Counted from the first letter of the stretch, positions 1 through 9,642 are shown. The stretch is DNA of 64,000 nt from Alphaproteobacteria bacterium (GCA_964291285.2 OZ219787.1:512001-576000), one strand, 5' to 3'. The notes: a model not told the origin generated them from the sequence alone. Numbers and translations: made by a program.

Positions 1-265
1 GGATTCGGGCCGGTCCCGCGAGGTCGTCGAGGCGGTATTCGCGGCGGAGCAGAGCGAGGTTGTCGTGGCGCGCGCCGGCGACGGCTATGCGGTCGCGGTC
101 GTCGGCAGCATCGAGCCTCCGCCTTATTCCGAGCAGGAGGTCGAGGCGATAAGGGAGCAGCTTTCGGCCGAAATGGTCGAGGATGTCCGGCAGCAGTTTC
201 ACGCTGCGCTGCAGGACCGGTTCGGGGTCGTGGTCAACCGCGATCTGCTCGCCCAGTTCAACTGA
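1..265 (+). CDS. 3' end of PpiD/SurA-type periplasmic folding chaperone (partial, runs off window start)
   Basis: C-terminus ..QLSAEMVEDVRQQFHAALQDRFGVVVNRDLLAQFN resembles alphaproteobacterial PpiD ends; ppiD directly upstream of trpE is a common arrangement. Confidence 0.6.
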   Translation, partial: DSGRSREVVEAVFAAEQSEVVVARAGDGYAVAVVGSIEPPPYSEQEVEAIREQLSAEMVEDVRQQFHAALQDRFGVVVNRDLLAQFN

Positions 266-289
266 CCGGACGACCGGATAGCGCCAGCC

Positions 290-1843
290 ATGCTCGAGCC
301 TGCCGACTTTCCCTCCTTCGAGGCCCGCTACCGGTCCGGCCGCGCGCAACTGGTCTGGACCACCCTGGTCGCGGACCTCGAAACGCCGGTCTCGGCGATG
401 CTCAAGCTGTCCGCCGGGCGGGCCAATTGCTTCCTGCTCGAATCGGTCGAGGGCGGCGCGATCCGCGGGCGCTACTCCTTCATCGGCCGGGATCCGGACA
501 TCGTCTGGCGCTGCCGGGGCGACAGGGCCGAAATCAACCGTGACGCGCTCGCCGACCCGGACCGGTTCGAGCCCTGCGGCAAGGGCGCCCTCGAGTCCCT
601 TCGCGACCTGGTCGAGGAGTGCCGCATCGACGACCTGCCGGAAGACCTGCCGCCGATGGCGGCCGCGCTCGTCGGATATATGGGATACGACATGGTGCGG
701 CTCATGGAGCATCTGCCGGACGAGCCGCCCGACCCCGTGGGCATTCCGGACGGGCTGTTCCTCCGCCCGACCATCATGGCGGTGTTCGACCTGATCGAGG
801 ACCGCATCTCGCTGGTGACGCCGGTCTGGGCAGAGAACGGCATGACGGCCGAGACCGCGTGGCTGCGCGCCGAAGAACGCCTGGCGGCGGCCCTGGCCGA
901 CCTCGAGGGGGCGGCCGTGGACCGGCGCGAGAGCGCACCCGCCGCACTACCCGATGCAGCGCCGCGCTCCAACATGACGCGGGAACGGTTCCACGAGGTC
1001 GTGGCGACGGCACGGGACTACATCCACGCGGGAGACGCCTTCCAGATCGTGCCGGCGCAGCGCTTCTCCATGGACTTCACGCTCCCGCCCTTCGCGCTCT
1101 ACCGCGCGCTGCGCCGCCTCAACCCCTCGCCCTTCCTGTTCCATCTCGATTTCGGCGCGTTCTCCATCGTCGGCTCCAGCCCGGAAATCCTGGTGCGGGT
1201 GCGCGACGGGCGCGTCACCATCCGGCCGCTGGCCGGAACCCGCCCCCGGGGCCGGGACCCCGCCGAAGACCGCCTCCTTGCGACCGAGTTGCTGAGCGAC
1301 CCGAAGGAGGTCGCCGAGCACCTGATGCTGCTGGACCTCGCCCGCAACGATGTCGGGCGGGTGAGCCGCATCGGCAGCGTCGAGGTCACGGAGCAGTTCG
1401 AGATCGAATACTACTCCCACGTCATGCATATCGGCTCCGAGGTGCAGGGCGACCTGGACCCGCGCTACGACGCCATCGGCGCGCTGGTCGCGGGCTTCCC
1501 GGCGGGCACCGTCTCCGGCGCGCCGAAGGTGCGCGCCATGGAAATCATCGACGAGCTCGAGCCCGAGAAGCGCGGCATCTATGCCGGCTGCATCGGCTAT
1601 TTCGCCGCGGACGGCTCGATGGACACCTGCATCGCGCTGCGCACGGCGCTGGTGAAGGACGATGTGCTCTATGTGCAGGCGGGCGTGGGCGTCGTCGCCG
1701 ACAGCGACCCGGAGACGGAGTACCGGGAAAGCTGGGACAAGGCCCGCGCGCTGATGCGCGCGGCGGAGGAGGCGGTGCGATTCGCGTCCCATGCGCGGCC
1801 TTCGGGAGCCAATCTTCCGGATTCGGCGTTGAACCCGGGCTAG
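290..1843 (+). CDS. trpE: Anthranilate synthase component I
   Basis: LLESVEGG..GRYS, NPSP, SSPEILV, PLAGTRPRG, AEHLMLLDLARND, GTVSGAPKVRAM motifs. Confidence 0.96.
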   Translation: MLEPADFPSFEARYRSGRAQLVWTTLVADLETPVSAMLKLSAGRANCFLLESVEGGAIRGRYSFIGRDPDIVWRCRGDRAEINRDALADPDRFEPCGKGALESLRDLVEECRIDDLPEDLPPMAAALVGYMGYDMVRLMEHLPDEPPDPVGIPDGLFLRPTIMAVFDLIEDRISLVTPVWAENGMTAETAWLRAEERLAAALADLEGAAVDRRESAPAALPDAAPRSNMTRERFHEVVATARDYIHAGDAFQIVPAQRFSMDFTLPPFALYRALRRLNPSPFLFHLDFGAFSIVGSSPEILVRVRDGRVTIRPLAGTRPRGRDPAEDRLLATELLSDPKEVAEHLMLLDLARNDVGRVSRIGSVEVTEQFEIEYYSHVMHIGSEVQGDLDPRYDAIGALVAGFPAGTVSGAPKVRAMEIIDELEPEKRGIYAGCIGYFAADGSMDTCIALRTALVKDDVLYVQAGVGVVADSDPETEYRESWDKARALMRAAEEAVRFASHARPSGANLPDSALNPG

Positions 1844-1891
1844 AATCGGGAGTAACCGGAGGCGGAACCGTTTCGACCCGAACGCAGGCGC

Positions 1892-3850
1892 ATGGCCAAT
1901 CTCTTCCAGCAAGCCGCAGTCGAAAGCGACTATACCGCCGAGCATGTGGAGGTACTCGAGGGCCTTGAGCCCGTCCGGCGGCGGCCCGGCATGTATATCG
2001 GCTCGACGGACGAAACCGGGCTCCATCACCTCGCCGCCGAGCTGCTCGACAACGCCATGGACGAGGCGATCGCCGGGCATGCGGACCGCATCGAGTTCTC
2101 GCTGGACGGCGAGGGCTGGGTCGAGGTCCGCGACAACGGGCGCGGCATCCCGGTGGACCCGCACCCCAAGTTCAAGGGCCGCTCGGCGCTGGAAGTCATC
2201 CTCACGACCTTGCACTCCGGCGCCAAGTTCGACGACCGGGCCTACCGGGCGGCGGGCGGCCTGCACGGCGTCGGCGTATCGGTCGTCAACGCGCTCGCCG
2301 CCGAGCTCGTGGTGGAAGTGGCGCGGGACCGCATATTGTGGCGGCAGAGCTATGCCAGGGGCGAGCCGGTCTCCAAGCTGGAGAAGGTGGGGATTTCCCG
2401 CAACCGGCGCGGCACCACGGTGCGCTTCCGGCCCGACCCCGGGATTTTCGGCAAGGCCGCCCGGTTCCGGCCCGAGCGGCTGTTCCGCATGGCGCGTTCC
2501 AAGGCCTGCCTGTTCGGCGGCGTGCGCATTCTCTGGCGCTGCGACGCCGGCCGGCTGCCTGCGCACTCCGAGGTGCCGGCGGAGGCGGAGCTGCATTTCC
2601 CGGGCGGGCTCGCGGACTTCCTCGACCTTTCGACCGGGGAGCGGCGGCGTATCGCCGACAGGGCCTTTACCGGCGCGGTGGAATTCCCGGGAGACGCCGG
2701 CAGGGTCGAATGGGCGATTGCCTGGCTCGCCGACAATGAGGGGTTTTCCCACACCTACTGCAACACCATCCCGACGCCGCTCGGCGGCAGCCATGAAGCA
2801 GGCCTGCGCCAGGCGTTGATGCGCGGCCTGCGCGCCCACGGGGAGCGCGCCGGCAACCGCAAGGCCGTCAAGGTCAATGCCGACGATGCAATGGGCGGGG
2901 CGGGCGTCATGCTGTCCGTCTTCATCCGCAACCCGCAATTCCAGGGCCAGACCAAGGAAAGGCTGGAAAGCCCGGAGACGCAGCGCCTGGTCGAGCTGAC
3001 GATCAAGGACCGCTTCGACCACTGGCTCGCCGCCGACACGGGCGCCGCCGATGCGATCGCCGCCTTCGCCGTCGAGCGCGCCGAAGACCGGCAGCGCCGG
3101 CGCGAGGAGCGCGACCGCAAGCGCAAGGCCAATGGCAGCGGGCGGGTGCGCCTGCCCGGCAAGCTCACCGATTGCTCCCGGCGCGAGCGCGACGGCACGG
3201 AGATTTTCCTGGTCGAGGGCGATTCCGCCGGCGGCTCGGCGAAGCAGGCCCGGCAGCGGGAGACGCAGGCGATCCTGCCGCTGCGCGGCAAGATCCTGAA
3301 TGTGGCGAGCGCCACGGACGACAAGCTGCGCGGCAACCGCGAGATCGCGGACCTGAAGCTCGCGCTCGGATGCGGCACCGGCGAGGACTATCTCGACGAC
3401 GAGCTGCGCTACGAGCGCGTCATCATCATGACGGACGCGGATGTGGACGGCGCGCATATCGCGTCGCTGCTGATGACCTATTTCCTGCGCGAGATGCCGG
3501 CGCTGATCGAGAAGGGCCGCCTCTACCTGGCGCGGCCGCCGCTCTACCGGCTGGGCGCGGGCGGAACGACCGCCTATGCCCGCGACGACGCCCACCGCAT
3601 CGAACTGCTGGAGTCGGTCTTCAAGGGCAAGCGCAAGGTCGAGGTCTCGCGCTTCAAGGGCCTCGGCGAAATGCCGCCGGGACAGTTGCGTGAAACCACC
3701 ATGGACCCCGACCGCCGCAGCCTGCTGCGGGTGGAGTTCGAGCCGGAGGAGTCGCTGGAAACCGTCGAGCGCCTGATGGGCCGCAACCCCCGCCACCGCC
3801 TCGCCTTCATCCAGGAAAACGCCGAATTCGCGGGCGAGCTGGACGTCTGA
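1892..3850 (+). CDS. parE: DNA topoisomerase IV subunit B
   Basis: LEGLEPVRRRPGMYIG, DNAMDE, EGDSAGGS, PLRGKILN, MTDADVDGAHI, RFKGLGEM; 652 aa without the GyrB insertion. Confidence 0.93.
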   Translation: MANLFQQAAVESDYTAEHVEVLEGLEPVRRRPGMYIGSTDETGLHHLAAELLDNAMDEAIAGHADRIEFSLDGEGWVEVRDNGRGIPVDPHPKFKGRSALEVILTTLHSGAKFDDRAYRAAGGLHGVGVSVVNALAAELVVEVARDRILWRQSYARGEPVSKLEKVGISRNRRGTTVRFRPDPGIFGKAARFRPERLFRMARSKACLFGGVRILWRCDAGRLPAHSEVPAEAELHFPGGLADFLDLSTGERRRIADRAFTGAVEFPGDAGRVEWAIAWLADNEGFSHTYCNTIPTPLGGSHEAGLRQALMRGLRAHGERAGNRKAVKVNADDAMGGAGVMLSVFIRNPQFQGQTKERLESPETQRLVELTIKDRFDHWLAADTGAADAIAAFAVERAEDRQRRREERDRKRKANGSGRVRLPGKLTDCSRRERDGTEIFLVEGDSAGGSAKQARQRETQAILPLRGKILNVASATDDKLRGNREIADLKLALGCGTGEDYLDDELRYERVIIMTDADVDGAHIASLLMTYFLREMPALIEKGRLYLARPPLYRLGAGGTTAYARDDAHRIELLESVFKGKRKVEVSRFKGLGEMPPGQLRETTMDPDRRSLLRVEFEPEESLETVERLMGRNPRHRLAFIQENAEFAGELDV

Positions 3851-3927
3851 GCGGTCTTCTGTCCTCAAAAGTTGCTTGGGAAACCCGTTTTCGCCCGTGT
3901 ATCAGAACAAACAGGAAATTGGTTCCG

Positions 3928-4497
3928 TCACTCTTGGGTTGTGTATTGACGTTTGATTCTTATTCGCCGAAGAATTTCCCTCTTTATTGCGTCTAAAGCA
4001 TAGTAAACACTCCCACCTCTAATGGTTGCAATAATCTTCTGCCCATCAATTTGAGAACGATAATTTCCATCGGGAGGGCATCGCTCACAAATGAAGTAGA
4101 TCTCACCCAACCCGTTCACAGTAACTAACTGCGCATCGCAAATCGGACAAAATGCGCAGAGGTTCGATATCTCGTTCCTGTTCCATGTCCAACGCCATCT
4201 TGCTCCATCTATCATGTCTTCCTTATATTCCAGAAATTCCGGCCCTGAATCGACACGACAAGCATTGCGTATCACAAAGAATAGCAACACAAGACCGGAT
4301 ATAGAGAAAATTACCATGATAGCAATTACGATTCCTGGAATACTGTGATCTGCCACTGCTTGCACATAAATCCAAATCATAATTCTCCAAATAAAAAATA
4401 AAAATTCTGCGAACAATTCATAAATCATGGTAAAGTATTTCAAAATTAATCCCGCAATAACTGCCCCCGATACCGCAATAATAATTCCTTTTCTCAT
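3928..4497 (-). CDS. AT-rich hypothetical membrane protein (N-terminal hydrophobic helices, C-terminal CxxC..CxxC)
   Basis: 189-aa ORF filling an AT-rich patch; hydrophobic N-terminal ~75 aa; CPIC and CERC motifs; starts 8 bp after the stop of the MmeI-like gene. Confidence 0.7.
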   Translation of the reverse strand: MRKGIIIAVSGAVIAGLILKYFTMIYELFAEFLFFIWRIMIWIYVQAVADHSIPGIVIAIMVIFSISGLVLLFFVIRNACRVDSGPEFLEYKEDMIDGARWRWTWNRNEISNLCAFCPICDAQLVTVNGLGEIYFICERCPPDGNYRSQIDGQKIIATIRGGSVYYALDAIKREILRRIRIKRQYTTQE

Positions 4498-4505
4498 GGT
4501 TGAAT

Positions 4506-6526
4506 TTATCCTCTGCGTTTCTGCTTTCTTTCCCCCCGCATTCCCGCTTCCAGCGGCGTGTGCATCTTTTCGTATAGAGCGAAGAGGTGCTCCACGCGCT
4601 CGCGTTCGGAGGCGAAGGGGGCCTTGCGGTACAGGCGGTCCACGGCGCGGTCGAGGCGGGTGTGGGCGCGGCGGAGGTTAGGGGGCATGAGGTCGGGATC
4701 GTAGAGGTCTGCGAGGGTTGCGTCCGGGTGGGCGGCGCGGGCGTCGAGGACTGCTTGGGCCAGCGGCTCCAGCTTCGACAGGTCCGCCTTGCCGGAGGCG
4801 AAGCCGGGCGGGGTCGGGAAGGTGTTGTAAACAAGGCCGATAGTATATCGGTAATCGCTCTTCAAACGTCCACCTATATGACGGACCCAAGCCATGTGCA
4901 TGGCCGAGGTAAGCAAACCGAATTGCCCAAGCGAGGTGTTTTCTTGAACACGAACGAGATTGCTGGGAATCGTCGGCGGCTTCAACCAGCCTATCGGCAC
5001 ATATTCGCGGCGTTCCGAGCTGGCTTCGGGGACAACAAGAAACGGGGTTTCGGGAATCGTCGTGAACGCGAATTCTGTCGGGAACGAGGCAAGGTCGCGA
5101 GTAGCTGGACGTTCGCTCTTCAATCGATAAGCTCGAACAGCGGCAATATGTTCCCGAACGCGGGGCAGACGAGCCAGCCGATCCGGCTTCACGTCGCGTA
5201 ACGAAAGAATCCAGCGATCACCGCCTTGGAGATATTCTCTTGCGCCGACAAAAGGCCGAAGGAAAATTCCGGCTTCCGGCTCCACAGCCAGAAGACTTTC
5301 ACGCTCTGCGGCATCGAATATTAGATTTCCGCCATCAATTGGCTGAGAGCCATAACGCAGAGGCGTGAACCCGTTTATCGGCCGACTCTCCTTCCGCACC
5401 GTAAGCTGCGGGTCGCCGAGGCCGCCGGCGTCGAACAGGTAGGGCGACAGCGCCCCGTGCCCACTTTCCTCCGGTTCGCCGTTCAGGTCGGGATAGGCGA
5501 ACAGGCGCTTTTCGGCCGGCGCGTCCTCCCGCCGGTCGAGGCCGAGGATGACGACATGCACATGCGCCTTGCCGCGCGCGTCCGAGCCCCAGGCGAAGGT
5601 GCGGTGGGCGAAGGCGATTTCCAGCTTGCAGCGGTCGAACAGGAGCGGCCATAGCTGGGCCACCTGCTCGCCCTGCGTGATCGAATTGGTGGCGACGAAG
5701 CCGATCCGCGCCCGGCCCGCGCGGGCATAATCCCCCGCCTTGAGGAACCATGCGGCGACATAATCCAGTGTGCCGCCGGACTTGCCCAAAGCCGCGATAC
5801 GGCGCACCTGCGCGCGCTGCTCCGGCGTCTGGAACTTCGCGCCGCCGAAGGGCGGATTGCCGAGCACGAACGAGCATTCGCCGGGCGGCAGCAACGCAGC
5901 CCAGTCCGTTTCCAACGCGTCGCCGTGGACGATATGCGGCGACTTCTCAAGCGGGATGCGAACGAAGGTCTGGCCGAATTCGAGACTCAGCCGGTTGTTC
6001 ATGATGTGGTCCATCATCCACAACGCGGTCTCCGCTATCCGGGCCGGGAACTCGCCAAGCTCGATGCCGTGGAACCGGTCCACATTCACCAGCGAAAGCG
6101 TGTCCGCCAGAACGTCGAACTGGCCGGTGGAATAGACCTCCTTCAGCACCTCGGTTTCGAGCTCGCGCAACTCCCGGTAGGCGATAATCAGGAAGTTGCC
6201 GCAGCCGCAGGCCGGGTCGAAAAAGCGCAGCTTTCCGAGCCGCTCCTGGAAGCGCAGCAGGCTCGGCCGACGCTGGCTGTCGCGCCGCGCCTTCAGGCGC
6301 TCGAACTCGGCCCGCAGCCCGTCCATGAACAACGGCTCGATCACCTTGAGGATGTTCTTCTCGGTGGTGTAATGCGCGCCCTGCACCCGGCGCTCCGCCG
6401 GGTCCATCACCGACTGGAAGAGCGCGCCGAAAATCGCCGGCGAGATGTTGGACCAGTCGAAGCGGCAGGCGTCCAGCAGGGCCTGGCGCATCGGCGCGTC
6501 GAAAGAGGGAATCCGGAGCGGCCCGT
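4506..6526 (-). pseudogene. MmeI-like type IIL restriction-modification enzyme, C-terminal part (m6A MTase, TRD, helical bundle), interrupted by an IS
   Basis: FDWSNISPAIFGALFQ, GAHYT, DPACGCGNF (motif I), GNPPF (motif IV), TNSITQGEQV, GGRLKSDYRY, ATLADLYDP; frame stays open up to the insertion site. Confidence 0.93.
6522..6526. repeat. Left copy of 5-bp target site duplication CCCGT (right copy 10576-10580)
   Basis: CCCGT abuts both element ends; removing the element plus one copy restores the RM reading frame. Confidence 0.93.
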
Positions 6527-6766
6527 TGTAGGTGACGGTCGTAAAAGGCGCTTATTTGCTGGCGTTGCGCGTTTTTGCGGGGCGTGATGATCGCAGTGAT
6601 TGTGGTGCGGCGGTGTTTGTGACGGGGGCCTGGGACGGAAGGAGGGCGTAGCCCGACTGGAGTCGCCGGCCCCCGTCGCGTTGATATTTTCGCCTGCCGA
6701 GGGGAGGGTGTCCTGGCGCTGTCGGCGGGGGTCGCCGGGCTGCGCGAGGGGGTAGACTGGGGCTGC

Positions 6767-6895
6767 TGAGAACGATGCGGCGCCGGCCCCGTTTGCTAGG
6801 TGGCAACGACCGGCGCCGCACCCCCCGAGCCATGCAAGGCACGGCCCGTATGCGCAGTATCGTAGGCGTTCGGGCGTGGGTCCACCCCGTTCTCA
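6767..6895 (+). ncRNA. Putative structured leader RNA or ncRNA of the IS21-like element
   Basis: Closing stem TGAGAACG (6767-6774)/CGTTCTCA (6888-6895); 11-bp stem 6776-6786/6810-6820; stem 6840-6848/6871-6878; -10-like TAGACT at 6753-6758 just upstream. Confidence 0.5.
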
Positions 6896-6907
6896 TCGGT
6901 CTTTGCG

Positions 6908-7342
6908 ATGAGGAACGCCGCCCGCCTGTTCACCTGCGCTTCGTGCCATCGCCAGGTTGTGCTGTGCCGGCGGTGCGACCACGGCAACATCTACTGCTCG
7001 CGTCCGTGCAGCGGCCGGGCGCGGCGGCGCTCGCTGCGCCTTGCCGGGCGTCGCTACCAGAACAGCCGGCGGGGCCGTCACAAGCATGCCGAACGCCAGC
7101 GGCGCTACCGCGAGCGCCGTCGCGTCCGTGCGCCTGAGGAGGGGCGCCGTGCGCAGAAAGTGACGCATCACCCTTTGACCCGTTCACCGCGCCGTCCTGT
7201 TGTGGCGGGCATGCCGGCGGGGCGCTCGGGAAGGAGGCCCTTCGGACCCGACCGTCCCGCCGGAGTGTTCCGCTGCGATCACTGCGGGCGGTTCTGCGCC
7301 CGGGCGGTCTATCCGGGCCTGCGCCCGGCGCGAAGGGAGTGA
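6908..7342 (+). CDS. Small Arg-rich Cys-cluster (putative Zn-binding) protein, IS accessory gene
   Basis: CASC-x6-CRRC-x6-CSRPC, Arg-rich middle helix, C-terminal CDHCGRFC; stop lies 1 bp before the istA ATG. Confidence 0.75.
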   Translation: MRNAARLFTCASCHRQVVLCRRCDHGNIYCSRPCSGRARRRSLRLAGRRYQNSRRGRHKHAERQRRYRERRRVRAPEEGRRAQKVTHHPLTRSPRRPVVAGMPAGRSGRRPFGPDRPAGVFRCDHCGRFCARAVYPGLRPARRE

Positions 7343-7343
7343 G

Positions 7344-8849
7344 ATGGCGATCGACCAGCAGACCCGGGCCGAGATCCTGCGGCTGTATTTTGCCGAGAAG
7401 TGGCGGATCGGCACGATCGCGCGCCAGCTCGGCGTCCACCACGGCACGGTCGAGCGCGCGGTGGCGGCCGCCGGGGCGCCCACGCCTGAGAAGCGGCGCA
7501 GATCTTCGATGATCGATCCGTTCCTGCCCTTCGTCCGCCAGACCCTGGCGGTCTGGCCGAAGTTGCCCTCCAGCCGGCTCTACCGGATGGCGGTCGAGCG
7601 CGGTTACCGGGGGTGCGAGAGCCACTTCCGGCGCATGATCGCGCCCGAGCGTCCGCGGCCGGTGGCCGAGGCCTATCTGCGCCTCAAGGCCCTGCCCGGC
7701 GAGCAGGCCCAGGTCGACTGGGCCCACTTCGGCAAGGTGAGGATCGGGCGTGCGGAGCGCCCGCTGATGGCCTTCGTGATGGTGCTCGGCCACTCGCGCC
7801 GCCTCTTCCTGCGCTTCTACCTCAACGCCGGGATGGACAACTTCCTGCGCGGCCATGTCGAGGCCTTCGAGGCTTGGCAGGGCGTGCCCCGCGAGCTCTG
7901 GTACGACAATCTGAAGAGCGTCGTGCTGGAGCGGCGCGGCGACGCCATCCGCTTCAATCCCCGGCTTCTCGACTTCGCAGGCGCCTACCGCTTCCTGCCG
8001 AAGCCGGTCGCGGTCGCCCGAGGCAACGAGAAGGGCCGCGTCGAGCGGGCCATACGCTATGTGCGCGACAGCTTCTTCGCCGCCCGCGCCTGGCGTGACC
8101 TCGACGATCTCAACGCCCAGGCCCGGGAGTGGTGCGAGGGCGTCGCCGCCGACCGCCCCTGGCCGGACGACCGCTCCCTCACCGTGAGCGAGGCCTTCGA
8201 GCGCGAGCGCGGCTCCCTGATGGCGCTGCCCGACGACCGTCCCCCCGTCGACGAGAGGGTCGAGGTCAGGATCGCCAAGACCCCCTATGCCAGGTTCGAC
8301 CTCAATGACTACAGCGTCCCGCATACCCATGTCCGGCGCACCCTCACCGTGGCCGCGACGCTGGAAGAGGTGCGCATCCTCGACGGCATGGAGGTCATCG
8401 CCCGCCATCCGCGCAGCTTCGACAAGGCGGCCCGCATCGAGAACCCCGAACACATTGAGGAGCTGGTCAGGCGCAAGCGTCACGCCCGCAGCCTGCGCGG
8501 GCAGAGCCGGCTGCTCCAGGCCGCGCCCAACAGCGAGCGCCTGATCGCCGAGGCCGCCCCCCGCGGCGCTTATATCGGCGCCACCGTCGCCGCCCTGCTG
8601 CGCCTGCTCGACCAATACGGCGCCGCCGAGCTCGAAGCCGCCATCGACGAGGCCCTCGAACGCGGCGTCCCCCATCCCAATGCCGTGCGCCTCAGCCTCA
8701 CACGGCGGCGCGAACTGCAGGACAGGCCGCCGCCGATCCCCATCGACCTGCCCAGGGACCCGCGCGTGCGCGACATCGCCGTGCGCGATCACGATCTCGG
8801 CGGATACGACGGGCTGGCCGGCTACCATGAAAAGGACAGCGAAGAATGA
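7344..8849 (+). CDS. istA: IS21 family DDE transposase IstA
   Basis: N-terminal HTH (IGTIARQLGVHHGTV), PGEQAQVDW, YDNLKS, KGRVER triad; RBS AAGGGAG before ATG 7344. Confidence 0.95.
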   Translation: MAIDQQTRAEILRLYFAEKWRIGTIARQLGVHHGTVERAVAAAGAPTPEKRRRSSMIDPFLPFVRQTLAVWPKLPSSRLYRMAVERGYRGCESHFRRMIAPERPRPVAEAYLRLKALPGEQAQVDWAHFGKVRIGRAERPLMAFVMVLGHSRRLFLRFYLNAGMDNFLRGHVEAFEAWQGVPRELWYDNLKSVVLERRGDAIRFNPRLLDFAGAYRFLPKPVAVARGNEKGRVERAIRYVRDSFFAARAWRDLDDLNAQAREWCEGVAADRPWPDDRSLTVSEAFERERGSLMALPDDRPPVDERVEVRIAKTPYARFDLNDYSVPHTHVRRTLTVAATLEEVRILDGMEVIARHPRSFDKAARIENPEHIEELVRRKRHARSLRGQSRLLQAAPNSERLIAEAAPRGAYIGATVAALLRLLDQYGAAELEAAIDEALERGVPHPNAVRLSLTRRRELQDRPPPIPIDLPRDPRVRDIAVRDHDLGGYDGLAGYHEKDSEE

Positions 8850-9640
8850 CCGACACCCTCATGAACCGCGCCCGCGCGCTGGGCCTGCACGGCCTCCTCG
8901 CCCATTGGGGCGAAGTCGCGGAGCGCGACTGGCTCGCCTCCCTGATCGCGTGGGAAGAAGATGAGAAGCGCGCCCGAAGCCTCAAACGCCGCCTCGCCGA
9001 CGCCCGCCTCGGACAGTTCAAGCCGCTCGCAGACTTCGACTGGGACTGGCCAAGGCGCTGCGACCGCATGGCCGTCGAGGACCTCATGACCCTCGACTTC
9101 CTCAAGGAGGCCGCAAACCTCGTACTGGTCGGACCCAACGGCGTCGGAAAGTCCACCATCGCCGCCAATATCGCCCACCGCGCCGTCCTCGAAGGCCACA
9201 TCGTGCGCTTCGCAACCGCCGCCAGCCTGCTCGGCGAACTCGCCGCCATCGACTCCGACACCCTGCTCCAGCGCAGGCTGCGCTTCTACGCCCGACAGCA
9301 CCTGCTGGTCATCGACGAAGTCGGATATCTCTCCTACTCCAACCGCCACGCCGACCTGCTGTTCAACATCGTCTCAAGCCGCAGCCAGCAGAACTCAACC
9401 ATAATCACCACGAACCGCCCCTTCGCCGAGTGGAGCGAGGCCTTCCCAAACGCCGCCTGCCTGGTCGCCCTCGTCGACCGGCTCGTCCACAACGCCGAGA
9501 TCGTCGCCATCGACGGCGACTCCTGGCGCCGCAAGGAAGCCGAGGAACGTCAGAAGCAGCGCAGCGCCGAACGCCGCCGCCGGCGCGGACCGAAAGCCGG
9601 GCAAAGCACTGGAAAGGCGAACCCGGTCCCGTCGCCATAG
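8846..9640 (+). CDS. istB: IS21 family AAA+ ATPase IstB
   Basis: Walker A GPNGVGKS, Walker B LLVIDE, TTNRPF, DRLVHNA; ATGA overlap with istA. Confidence 0.95.
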   Translation: MTDTLMNRARALGLHGLLAHWGEVAERDWLASLIAWEEDEKRARSLKRRLADARLGQFKPLADFDWDWPRRCDRMAVEDLMTLDFLKEAANLVLVGPNGVGKSTIAANIAHRAVLEGHIVRFATAASLLGELAAIDSDTLLQRRLRFYARQHLLVIDEVGYLSYSNRHADLLFNIVSSRSQQNSTIITTNRPFAEWSEAFPNAACLVALVDRLVHNAEIVAIDGDSWRRKEAEERQKQRSAERRRRRGPKAGQSTGKANPVPSP

Positions 9641-9642
9641 CC

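Noticed and set aside
947-3868. 973-aa minus-strand ORF and similar long antisense ORFs (e.g. 6930-8828, 23548-25575, 25385-27682, 28564-30903, 50152-52380, 56646-59042)
   Set aside because: Shadow ORFs opposite well-supported genes; expected from high-GC codon bias; no recognisable motifs.
3905-3925. GAAC-containing motif after parE as a LexA box
   Set aside because: Spacing and second half-site do not fit GAAC-N7-GAAC.
9430-9642. Upstream extension of the TOPRIM-like ORF overlapping istB (possible frameshift fusion)
   Set aside because: istB has its own stop at 9640, an ATG follows at 9643, the extension is low-complexity, and no convincing slippery site was seen.
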